Below, one piece after another: positions 1-7,984 of a stretch of DNA of 12,729 bases; the first letter of the stretch is position 1; the number at the start of each line of letters is the position of its first letter. The DNA is taken from positions 1-12,729 of the forward strand of contig JBCCHT010000086.1 of the NCBI GenBank assembly GCA_039028615.1, read 5' to 3'. This DNA is from Myxococcota bacterium. Lineage in GTDB: Bacteria; Myxococcota_A; Polyangia; Nannocystales; Nannocystaceae. The notes beneath the pieces are model-generated. The model searched no databases and had not been told where the DNA came from. It saw only the letters and a program-made list of their open reading frames with translations. The position numbers were made by a program, and so were the translations under genes.

Positions 1-80
1 AAAGCTTCAGCCTCCTTGGCGGTGGGGGTCCCGGGTCGAACTTCGATGTTGGCTCGAGTACTCATCGTGTCGCCTTCCAT
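1..80 (-). CDS. 5' end of a hypothetical protein running off the left edge (MEGDTMSTRANIEVRPGTPTAKEAEA...)
   Basis: In-frame ATGs at 80 and 65, each preceded by a purine-rich GGAAGG/GAAGG RBS-like tract; frame is open to the window edge. Too short to assign function. Confidence 0.45.
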   Translation of the reverse strand, partial: MEGDTMSTRANIEVRPGTPTAKEAEA

Positions 81-152
81 TCGTCGAGCCTTCCTTCGCG
101 GGGGCTGAGCGAACGTGTGCAGTGACGAGCATCACCATCGGGCACGCGGAAG

Positions 153-360
153 TCAAAGGTCTCCGCGGGACATGACACGACGTCGCATCCGCGCCGAAGC
201 CGATGCCTGCGCGGTCAGACGTACGTCGCCGAGAAGCCGCGCGACCGGCATCTGCTCCCCGGGCATGAGCAGGTCATCGCCGTCGTCAAACGCCAGAAGC
301 AAGTCGTCCTCGCGCGGTCGGACGCCGAGGCATCGAACGTCGAGATATCGGTGCTGATGT
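153..360 (-). pseudogene. Probable gene fragment (…YLDVRCLGVRPREDDLLLAFDDGDDLLMPGEQMPVARLLGDVRL…)
   Basis: Only the C-terminal ~65 codons of ORF 153..698 read like protein; the + strand here shows the Ser/Arg-rich antisense-shadow pattern. No convincing start. Confidence 0.25.
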
Positions 361-410
361 CGGGGCCGCGTACACCAGGGCCACGAGCCCCTCGCTTCGC
401 GCCGGCCTGA

Positions 411-719
411 AGCGAGGTTGCCGACGCCGCATGCGTTCCCGAGAACTCGAACGTCGTGATTGAGCTGCGGCGACACTTCATCGCCGGAAGTCGTGGGAAC
501 GACGTGCGAGCGAAGTTCGAGAACAGTAAGAACTGCGATCGAATCTTCGGTGTATCGGGCATGGATCGGTACCTCGTCTCCCTGCTCCAGAAGATGCACG
601 TCGGGAAGACGAGTGATGCCGCCCCACCGTCGTGGGCCATTGAGGATCGCGCAGCGACACGGCTCTCCGCGTGTAATGAGCAAGTGCGTAGCCGTCATGG
701 GTCGTGCGACTCAAGATGA
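411..719 (+). pseudogene. 5'-truncated gene remnant or small hypothetical protein
   Basis: Frame is open from just after TGA 408-410 to TGA 717-719, with mostly G/C-ending codons (GAG AAC TCG AAC GTC GTG…TTC GAG AAC). No RBS before GTG 456. Confidence 0.3.
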
Positions 720-1664
720 CCTGATGTTGTCGGAGTAGGGGATCCCGATCGATGCGGCGACTCGCTCACACACGGCGACCGTCACCGAGGCGGGCGCGTG
801 TCGTCCCACCCATGCTTCAACGCGGCGCACGAAGCCGAGTCGGTCCTCTTCGAGCCGTCGGAGCATCAAACGGTACTGTCCAAGGGAGACGGACGCGGGC
901 TCATCGGGTGAGTCGGGATCGACGAAGAGCACCTTGCCGCCTTCGAGCCTCGCGGTTGTGAAGGGATCGTGCCCGTTCCACGGTGGGGAGCCATCCTCCA
1001 GGAGGTCTCGCCATTGGATCCACTCGTGTGGCTCGGCGCAGCAGCCGTAGCCGATCACGGATCTTCCCTCGACCCACGCCTCTATCCCGCCTTCGAGCGA
1101 AAACGGCGGGTCGTCGCCGTCGATGGTGATCCCCGCCAGGCCTTCGAGGGCAGCGGGAAGGGACTTCGACCGTACCTCGGCATCCTCGACGAGATGAGCG
1201 AACATGGTGCCCAGCAGCTTGTCGGAAACCTCCGCACAGATTCGGAACCGCACGAATAGGCCGGGGTCGTGATGAAGCCAGGGCATGCTCGTACGCAACG
1301 GGAGGAACTCGAGCACACTCGACAGCAGGCTCCCGGTGGGCGGCTGAACGGGGGCACCACGCTCCGGCTCGATGCCGCGAAGCGTGGATGGTTGTAGCTC
1401 GAGGTCGCGACCCGACGACTGCGGCTGCCATCCCTGCGCCTGCGCGTGGTGAATCAGTGCCGCCACGTAGCGTGGGGTGATCCGTGGGATGGAGTCGGTG
1501 CCGTGCACGCCCTCGAAGGCCAGTACCAAACGTTGCCCTTGCCCTGCGGCGTGTTCGACGAGCAATCGCAGATCCCACCCGCCGGGGCCGATGCGCCTCA
1601 CCAGCCACCGATAGCGTTCGGCGTCCACCGTGATGCCGCGCGACTTGTCCTTCGGCAGTGTCAT
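711..1664 (-). CDS. Hypothetical protein, 317 aa, apparently two domains joined by a Pro-rich linker
   Basis: Long ORF with protein-like composition. N-terminal module MTLPKDKSRGITVDAERYRW…ITPRYVAALI…GWQP; C-terminal module with GCC-x-E…W and W-x-GHDP motifs. Confidence 0.8.
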   Translation of the reverse strand: MTLPKDKSRGITVDAERYRWLVRRIGPGGWDLRLLVEHAAGQGQRLVLAFEGVHGTDSIPRITPRYVAALIHHAQAQGWQPQSSGRDLELQPSTLRGIEPERGAPVQPPTGSLLSSVLEFLPLRTSMPWLHHDPGLFVRFRICAEVSDKLLGTMFAHLVEDAEVRSKSLPAALEGLAGITIDGDDPPFSLEGGIEAWVEGRSVIGYGCCAEPHEWIQWRDLLEDGSPPWNGHDPFTTARLEGGKVLFVDPDSPDEPASVSLGQYRLMLRRLEEDRLGFVRRVEAWVGRHAPASVTVAVCERVAASIGIPYSDNIRSS

Positions 1665-1844
1665 CTCTAGTCGTTGTACGCAACAATCCTGCGAGGCCCA
1701 ACGAGGGCGCTCGTGGACTCATGCCGCATCATTCGCGCAGGCAGGAGGCCAAATCGTGCCGAGATCCACGTTGCTCCGAGCGCGGGAGCACGTCCTGTCC
1801 CGCAACGAGTCAGCGAAGAACAGGACCCAAACAACTTCTGTATC

Positions 1845-1906
1845 GAAGCGTTGTTAGAGTTGGTGCTCATGCCGGAGGTCGCGGGTTCGAGCCTCGTCCG
1901 CTCCGC
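1845..1906 (+). pseudogene. Degenerate tRNA-Asp copy (3' half well preserved; possible att-site scar)
   Basis: 1867-1906 TCATGCCGGAGGTCGCGGGTTCGAGCCTCGTCCGCTCCGC resembles the 3' half of bacterial tRNA-Asp(GTC): T-arm GCGGG-TTCGAGC-CTCGT and acceptor 3' strand CCGCTCC-G. No intact GTC anticodon and no CCA. Upstream GAAGCG…GTTAGAGT resembles a deleted or decayed 5' half. Confidence 0.7.
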
Positions 1907-1907
1907 G

Positions 1908-1939
1908 AAGCCTGAGAGCGAAGCGGTCCTCAGGGCTTT
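1908..1939 (+). terminator. Terminator-like hairpin directly after the tRNA fragment
   Basis: AAGCCTGAG…CTCAGGGCTTT imperfect inverted repeat ending in a short T run. Confidence 0.4.
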
Positions 1940-2401
1940 GTCGAGCGATGACGAGCAGCTTCGAGCCTGACTCGCAATCACAGCCACACTCATGTTGCAC
2001 GATCGCTCCCCGGAAAACGAAACCCGGCCCGATGAGGTCCGCGGTGCAGGACCACGGCGACGACGAGGCCTCGTGCAAGCCCGGGGAAGCGCCGTCGACC
2101 GGCAGACGTCTATGGGCCTGCGGTCCGCTGGAACGGCCGCGCACGGACGACCAAACCTGCCCAGCGTACCTTCGCCGGGCAACAGGGCGGTCCCTCGTAC
2201 GAACCCTCGAGGACGTTCCCCGGGGTCGCCCGTCGGTGATTGCCCGACAGCGGCTTCGCGCGTCTTTAGTGGGGTGGACGGAGCCCGGAGCCGTCAGGAA
2301 TGCGGTCTACCCGCACCCGTCGGCGGTTTACTGAACGGCGACATCCATGGCATACCTTCCCAACGCGAGGGGCCGGCGGCACCTCCGGCACGCAACTGCT
2401 C

Positions 2402-2812
2402 ATGACCGAAAAGCCAGGGGAGTTCTGGGCCTTTCCGCCTAACCGCGCACGCGTGAAGGTCTACGGGAACATCGAGGAGGCCGAAATCTCTCGGGTCCTG
2501 ATGCAGGTTCTCGACTTCTCGCAGGGCACCGACTTTCTCATGCTCGAGATCGACATCTCCGAGATGACGGGGGCGACCCCAGAGGCTCGGCGGGTGTCGG
2601 CCAAGATCTTCGGGGAAATGCCGGCAATGGCGTTTGCGCTGGTGGGCGGCTCGTTCTCTCAGCGTGCGCTGGCGAAGCTCGTGCTCAAGGCAGTGGAGCT
2701 GCTGCGGGGAAAGAAACGACAAGTAGTGTCGTTCTTCAAAGAGTCGGAGCCGGCAGTGAGCTGGCTGGAGCAGCAGGGCGAGCACTACACCGCCAACGGA
2801 CGCTTCAAGTGA
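2402..2812 (+). CDS. STAS/SEC14 (SpoIIAA-like) domain protein, 136 aa
   Basis: Pattern LEIDISEMTGATPEARR…FALVGGSFSQRALAKLV…FFKESEPAVSWL is typical of SpoIIAA-like/STAS-SEC14 proteins. Start moved to ATG 2402 because the upstream in-frame extension is not protein-like. Confidence 0.8.
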   Translation: MTEKPGEFWAFPPNRARVKVYGNIEEAEISRVLMQVLDFSQGTDFLMLEIDISEMTGATPEARRVSAKIFGEMPAMAFALVGGSFSQRALAKLVLKAVELLRGKKRQVVSFFKESEPAVSWLEQQGEHYTANGRFK

Positions 2813-2853
2813 AGCGCACCGCGGCGACTACGGGACCCGCTCGAACGGCCTGA

Positions 2854-4020
2854 TCAGGTCGTCGCGCTGCCGGGTCGGGGGAGGTGCATCCCCTCGAGGC
2901 TGTGCACGACTTCGTTGGTCTTGATTCCGTCGGGGATCGAGTCCGAGTACCGATCTACCGTCAGGCACCAGTCCATCCACGATCGATGCATGGAAGTGCA
3001 TAGTTCGTGGAACTCCCTGAACTCGGGGTGGTCCTCGATGATCAGGGCCCCACAACGCAAGAAGTCGTACATCTCGTTGTTGTGGAACTGGAACACGCGC
3101 CGGAAGGCAATCTCCAGGCGGTTGCCGGGCGAGTTCTCCCGCACGAGTTCATTGAACTCGGCCGCAATGAGATTGTGGTACTGGCCCATCCACGCGTTGG
3201 CTTCGACTTCCTTCTTGAAGGAGATGATGTCGTTGATGACACCACCGAGTCTGTCGATTGCCCGCAGTACCCGATCGAACAAGGGGTGCGCCTGTACCCG
3301 CGGGCTCAACTCGATCCCGAGCACCGACGCGACCAAGACGACCGTCGGGCGAAACCCAACATTGATCTCCCGGTTGGAGATTTGTGTCTCCCGTGAGAGC
3401 GGAAGCCTCTTACTCGACAGATAGACTTGTTGAAGCACGCCGCGGAAGTAGCCGCACATGCCGGAGACGAACTGCTCGTACTGAGTCGGGGTCGTGACTG
3501 CCCGCGTACGCTCTCTCAGATCGACCAACGCCGCGCAGGTGCCCCGATACTGCGGGTAGTCGATCTCGGGGACGTCGTCGGAGCCCTCCAGCACCGCACG
3601 ATAGTTCGCGAACACCTTCTGAAGGAGGTCGAACCCCGCAACACGTCGCTGACCAAAGAAACGCTCGGCGGTGTCGTCGACGATTGTGATCATCACACAA
3701 TAGTCGGGAATCAACGCGGCAACCTCGGGCTTGCACTCGGGCACACAGTCCGTCCACAGAGTGCTGAACTGAAGAGCCTCGAGGGACGCTAGGTTCTCGC
3801 GCCGCCAAAGGCCCACGTCCATCGCCCACTGCTCGTGCCGAGCCTGGATCTCTTCTTCTTTGGCGTGCGGAGCCAGCTTGGGCAGGCACAGCACCTGCCC
3901 CTTGAGGTCGCTCTGATAGTCGAGGAAGTTGGCCGACCCCAAGTCGATCTCGACCATGGAGCAGGTCGGCAGGCAGTCGCGGCTTTGGCTATCCACCGCA
4001 GCGGCCAGGGTTTCAGCCAT
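2854..4020 (-). CDS. Class I terpene synthase (cyclase), ~388 aa
   Basis: Asp-rich motif variant DDTAE (3664-3678), pyrophosphate-sensor Arg in NREINVG, NSE triad NDIISFKKE (3208-3234) and WxxxxxRY as WCLTVDRY (2947-2970), all in canonical order. Start is ATG 4020 or the in-frame ATG 3957; the extension to 4251 is not protein-like. Confidence 0.92.
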   Translation of the reverse strand: MAETLAAAVDSQSRDCLPTCSMVEIDLGSANFLDYQSDLKGQVLCLPKLAPHAKEEEIQARHEQWAMDVGLWRRENLASLEALQFSTLWTDCVPECKPEVAALIPDYCVMITIVDDTAERFFGQRRVAGFDLLQKVFANYRAVLEGSDDVPEIDYPQYRGTCAALVDLRERTRAVTTPTQYEQFVSGMCGYFRGVLQQVYLSSKRLPLSRETQISNREINVGFRPTVVLVASVLGIELSPRVQAHPLFDRVLRAIDRLGGVINDIISFKKEVEANAWMGQYHNLIAAEFNELVRENSPGNRLEIAFRRVFQFHNNEMYDFLRCGALIIEDHPEFREFHELCTSMHRSWMDWCLTVDRYSDSIPDGIKTNEVVHSLEGMHLPRPGSATT

Positions 4021-4386
4021 GGTGGCGCCCGACTTCTCGGTGGAAGTGTTCCGGTGTGGCTCGCCGCACGAGTCCGCCCGACCAGTACTCGGTGGCGTTG
4101 GGCGCGGGGCTTGATGAAGAATCGGAGCCCGGCCGTTGGATTGGAGTGCCATGGGAGTAAAGGACAGGTCGGTCGATGACGTTAGTCGCCGGGGGTGTGC
4201 GACTGGGCTCTCGATACCATTTCGGTCCGATGCAGGGAGAAGCGTCGGCAAAGGTGTCGAGTTGGACGCGGATTGGCCCCCCGAGGCGCTGTCGATTGGA
4301 GGTGATCAACTTACACCCGCGAGGTGGGGTCCCCCGAGAACCCCAAGGCATCGCTTGCAGATCGAGCAGGGCGCTGCTTCGACGGC

Positions 4387-4406
4387 TGGTGCGCAGCTGC
4401 GCACCA
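4387..4406. promoter_or_regulatory. Perfect 20-bp palindrome TGGTGCGCAG|CTGCGCACCA
   Basis: Exact dyad symmetry with no spacer, ~370 bp upstream of the terpene synthase start. Function is inferred. Confidence 0.45.
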
Positions 4407-4532
4407 AGTGAACGGTGCCATAGGAGACGCGACACGGTCAACTCAGAAAGCCCGTAAACACCGCGTAGACGGGCGTCTCTTGTAGGATGGGTGCCCACGT
4501 CTCCGAGTCGGAGAAGCCCTTATGCCAAAGCG

Positions 4533-4568
4533 AGTAACGGAAGTTCAGTAACGGAATTCGTACTGGAA
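4533..4568. repeat. Direct repeats AGTAACGGAA x2 plus a degenerate GTACTGGAA
   Basis: Copies at 4533-4542, 4547-4556 and 4560-4568 (period 13-14 nt) in an AT-richer intergenic patch. Confidence 0.55.
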
Positions 4569-5121
4569 TCGATGACTCTTGAACATTGATTCTCGGGCCT
4601 CGAACGACGAGGATCTTGCGCTGAGCGCGAGGTTTTCCGGTGGTACGGCACCCGGGACACGCCAAGGCAGCAGCCAGGCGGGAACGACGGCGCGCCAGCA
4701 CGAAAGCGGTGATGATTCACGTTTTCCGTGACGCAGTCGCGGCGATCCCGGCCGACGCCCAAAGGGGCCTCCTCGACAAATCACGTCGTCGAGCCAACAA
4801 TTTATGGGACAAACGCCGCCGATTCCGACCACGAGCATCGACCCCTTCGGAGACGGCACAACCGCCGACTTCCATTGGTGGACTCCACCCACATCATGAA
4901 CCCCGCGCGCCTTGGGCTTCGCGACGTCACAGAACGCCGAACGACGGCCTCGAGGGGAAGAGAAAGATCCGCGCAACGTGGGTTCTACGGCCGTGAATCG
5001 CGAGCTGAGCCCGATTCCTTTGGGGCACGACGTCGAACCGGTGGACTCGAGGTCGGCGATACCGAGGAGCCGTTGAGGGACGTACTCTGGAGCTCGAATC
5101 TGTGACGACTGTCTTCGAACG

Positions 5122-5170
5122 GTAGAAATTGAACAGAGGCAGAATGCCACAACGGCATTCTGCCTCTGTT
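5122..5170 (-). terminator. Intrinsic terminator of the protease gene (17-bp perfect stem)
   Basis: AACAGAGGCAGAATGCC (5132-5148), 5-nt loop, GGCATTCTGCCTCTGTT (5154-5170). On the minus strand the stem is followed by CAATTTCT and starts 26 nt after the stop at 5197. Confidence 0.75.
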
Positions 5171-5196
5171 GATGAGACCCGTGCTCGTTCTCCCTC

Positions 5197-7122
5197 TCAG
5201 CTCTCCCAATCAAAGAACCTAAAGTGAAACCCATCATCCGTGACCGAGTGGTCACTGGTGAGTCGCAGGTCGATCGCCTGCCGATTGCGCCTCCCCGCGA
5301 CCTGGCGGGTTGCTGGCGTGTCGCTGAACTGTGGGCTCGTGTGCACGCCGGTCTGGGTGGTGCCGTCGGTCAGGTGCAGGAAGTCGAAGCTAGGCTCGAG
5401 CTCGAGGTAGTCGCCGTGGAGGGTGACGTCGCTGGCGGTGGCGGGTAGGCCGACGATGTAGCGTCCGTCGCTATGGTTGGCGTAGGGATGGTCGGTGACG
5501 ATGTCGAGGTAGACGCGGTGGCCCCAGGTGTTGGGCTCGCAGACACCGGCGAGGTCGGCGAGATCGAGCTGGTCACCGAGCTCGAGGGCGGTGCTGCGGT
5601 TGGGTCGTGGGTTGCATTCTTGGGCGAAGAACGTGTACGGACTGGTGGGGATGTCGGGGCAGCCGACGTGGCTGGGACCGCCGCAGGTCGTGCGGTCGTC
5701 GACGCTGCCGTCGCCATCGAGATCCATGGGGTTGGGGATGACGTCGATCTGGAGCGAGTACTCTCCCGTCGCTCCGTTGTGACCGTAGACGTGGGCATAC
5801 ATGACGGACGCACCCGCTCCGCCCGCGGTGGCGGACACGGTCTCGGTGTTGCCGTAGGACTGTGAGGCATCGACTTGGTGGCCGCCGTCGTCGTAGAGCT
5901 TCAGGTCGAGGTCGCCGGCGGTGCCGTCGAACGCGATGGTGACCTCGACGTCGTCGGTGCCATAGACGGGGATGGCGATGAAGTCGTCGTCCCAGCTCCC
6001 GTCGATGCGACGGTAGGTGCGGCCATTGTCGCCTTGTCGTACGCCCAGAGACTCGTAGATTGCCGTTCCGCGCTGTTGGGGCTGCAGCGAGATCGGGCGA
6101 TCGAAGACGTTGCCCATGAAGTTGTTGGGCTCACCCACGTCGCGGAAGCGGCCCATGGTGTCGAGGGTGACGACGCTCTCGGGCGCGCGGTGGCTGGTGT
6201 GATTGTCGGGCACGGCATTGACGACGTTGCAGGTGCCGTTGGGCACGTAGTCGGTCTCCCCGCGCACGAGGATGCCGACGACGTCGCCGCTGGCTTCGTC
6301 GAAGACGGGCGAGCCCGAGTGCCCGCCGAAGGTGTCGGTGTTGGCCCGCAAGCCCCAGGTCTCGAGCGACCGCACCTCGCCACCACCGTCGATCTTCTTG
6401 AGCAGGCGACTGCCGTGACCGATGACGACCAGATCGTCACCCGCGGTCATGGACGGGCTGGGATCGACGGGCAAACCAGGCCGACCGGTATCGCGATCGA
6501 GGTCGAATACGGCGTAGTCGATGCCATCGGGAGTGTAGTGGTAGTCGACCACGCGCTCGCATCGGAAGACGTCCTCGGTGGAAATCTCGTCGCGTTGGCC
6601 ACCCGGGTTCAGCTCGAAGTCGAAGGCGACGATCATGTCGTCGCACTCGGCTTGTAGGGTTGCCGGGTCACCATCGATGTCGTTGGCGGGCGATTTGTAG
6701 AAACAATGGCCGGCGGTGACCATGCGCGTGGGGCTGATGAGCCACCCGGTACAGTCGCCCTGCACGGCGATGGCCTGGTTCTCGAAGGCTTCACCCGGGC
6801 ACAGGTTGCGCGAGTTCCCGAGGGTGTCCTCGGGGAAGGTCACGGCCCCGGTGTTCGGGTCGACGGTGAGCACGGGGTTGGCGGAGAGGGCCTCGTCCAG
6901 GATGAGCGCGACGGACTCGGACCGCTCGCGCATGCCCATGTCCGGGTAGTTGTGGGGGTCGAGCCGATCGTCGGTACCGTAGACGACCCGCTCGGTGACC
7001 TCCTCGAGTTCGTCGTCGAACCCGAGCTCGTCCTCGGTGTCGGCCACGCAGGCGGGAAGCAGGAGGGCAGCACCCAAGGCGAGCAATGCAGTACGCGAAC
7101 GCGCGTCGGAATTGATGATCAT
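5197..7122 (-). CDS. Lipoprotein trypsin-like (S1) serine protease with PPC-like, Cys-rich and CUB-like C-terminal domains, 641 aa
   Basis: GAGGAG RBS before ATG 7122; lipobox LLPAC; catalytic motifs TAGHC (His), DYAVF (Asp), DTFGGHSGSPV (Ser); PPC-like DLDLKLYDDGG…YAHVYG…YSLQI; CUB-like LEPSFDFLHLTDG…LRLTSDHSVTDDGF. Confidence 0.9.
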   Translation of the reverse strand: MIINSDARSRTALLALGAALLLPACVADTEDELGFDDELEEVTERVVYGTDDRLDPHNYPDMGMRERSESVALILDEALSANPVLTVDPNTGAVTFPEDTLGNSRNLCPGEAFENQAIAVQGDCTGWLISPTRMVTAGHCFYKSPANDIDGDPATLQAECDDMIVAFDFELNPGGQRDEISTEDVFRCERVVDYHYTPDGIDYAVFDLDRDTGRPGLPVDPSPSMTAGDDLVVIGHGSRLLKKIDGGGEVRSLETWGLRANTDTFGGHSGSPVFDEASGDVVGILVRGETDYVPNGTCNVVNAVPDNHTSHRAPESVVTLDTMGRFRDVGEPNNFMGNVFDRPISLQPQQRGTAIYESLGVRQGDNGRTYRRIDGSWDDDFIAIPVYGTDDVEVTIAFDGTAGDLDLKLYDDGGHQVDASQSYGNTETVSATAGGAGASVMYAHVYGHNGATGEYSLQIDVIPNPMDLDGDGSVDDRTTCGGPSHVGCPDIPTSPYTFFAQECNPRPNRSTALELGDQLDLADLAGVCEPNTWGHRVYLDIVTDHPYANHSDGRYIVGLPATASDVTLHGDYLELEPSFDFLHLTDGTTQTGVHTSPQFSDTPATRQVAGRRNRQAIDLRLTSDHSVTDDGFHFRFFDWES

Positions 7123-7337
7123 GACGGTCGTCTCCTCGAAGGGGCTCGATGAAGCGCGAGCGCACCACACGACAGTGCGTGGCCTCGCGACTTGGGGGCG
7201 GGGCGCCACTTCAGGCGCTGCCATCGAGCCGTCGACTGCGAAGTCCGGGTCGACCGGGGAGGGATTGCGGAACCCGCAAAAAAGACGGGCATGCTCGACC
7301 GCGCGACGCGAAAGCCACGCGGGGCGCGGTCACGGGC

Positions 7338-7343
7338 TATACT
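7338..7343 (+). promoter_or_regulatory. -10 box TATACT, probably driving a leaderless transcript
   Basis: TATACT lies 7 nt before in-frame GTG 7351; no Shine-Dalgarno sequence present. Confidence 0.5.
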
Positions 7344-7350
7344 CCGCGTG

Positions 7351-7980
7351 GTGCTCACCTGGAGCCTGACCTTCGGCCTGCTGATGGCAGGACCCACGCC
7401 GCCCTGCCCGATCGACGCCGTGGCCGATCGAGTCGCGGAGCTTGCTCCCGACCTCGGACGACCTCAGCCGACCTTCGACGACGGCGTGCTCTCGCTGGAG
7501 TTCTCGCGCAAGGACGAAGGCGCGATCGCTCTGTTGACGGTGCAGCTGGCCGACGGCCAGATGGCGACGGTGGGCACGTCGCCGGTCGTCAAAGAGGTCC
7601 GCGAGTCGCTCAACGAGCTCGGGCCGAAGCTGGCCACGAACCAGGACGTCCTCCAGGCGCTGGTCCAGTGCCCCGCGGGAAGTACGACCGCGCAGGCGCG
7701 AGCCGATGCGTGGGAGAAGACCTTCCACGAGAAACGGAACGAGCCGAAGCCGGAGCCAAACCGAGAGCTCGAGCCGGAGCCCGAGCCGAGCCACGGTGCT
7801 CACGACGCATCCGAGCGCGAGGTCGCCGAGCAGGAAAACGCGGCCGAGGCCGACGACGGCGCGGGCGACGAGGCTGACCCCGAGCAATCGAGCCAGGCGC
7901 TTTGGCTCACCATCGGGGGCGCAGCGGTCCTGCTCGTCCTGTTCTTCTTGCTTGCGCGTCGCCGGACCTCCGACGATTGA
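7351..7980 (+). CDS. Exported protein with acidic Pro/Glu linker and C-terminal membrane anchor, ~209 aa
   Basis: Hydrophobic N-terminus (LTWSLTFGLLMAG), two Cys, EPKPEP…EPEPEP and D/E-rich stalk, then TM helix LWLTIGGAAVLLVLFFLLA followed by RRR. Confidence 0.75.
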   Translation: MLTWSLTFGLLMAGPTPPCPIDAVADRVAELAPDLGRPQPTFDDGVLSLEFSRKDEGAIALLTVQLADGQMATVGTSPVVKEVRESLNELGPKLATNQDVLQALVQCPAGSTTAQARADAWEKTFHEKRNEPKPEPNRELEPEPEPSHGAHDASEREVAEQENAAEADDGAGDEADPEQSSQALWLTIGGAAVLLVLFFLLARRRTSDD

Positions 7981-7984
7981 CGGC

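Noticed and set aside
1845..1906. Functional tRNA gene
   Set aside because: 5' half is too short, no proper D-arm or anticodon stem, no GTC anticodon.
2015..2056. Hammerhead-ribozyme-like CCGATGAG-GTCC…GGAC
   Set aside because: Core is CCGATGA rather than CTGATGA, and the required GAAA after stem II is missing.
2386..2400. Sigma-54 promoter-like GGCACGCAACTGCT before the STAS gene
   Set aside because: GG-GC spacing is 9, not the required 10, and it abuts the start codon. The TGGCAC hits near 4150 and 4420 on the minus strand also lack the -12 GC.
4017..4026. Kozak-like GCCACCATGG at the terpene synthase start (minus strand)
   Set aside because: Short GC-rich motif that can arise by chance; no introns or other eukaryotic or synthetic-construct signs.
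4021..5196. ORFs 4013..4498, 4545..5255, 4640..4996, 4728..5105 and similar
   Set aside because: Arg/Ser/Pro-rich, no RBS and no recognisable motifs; typical spurious ORFs of GC-rich DNA.
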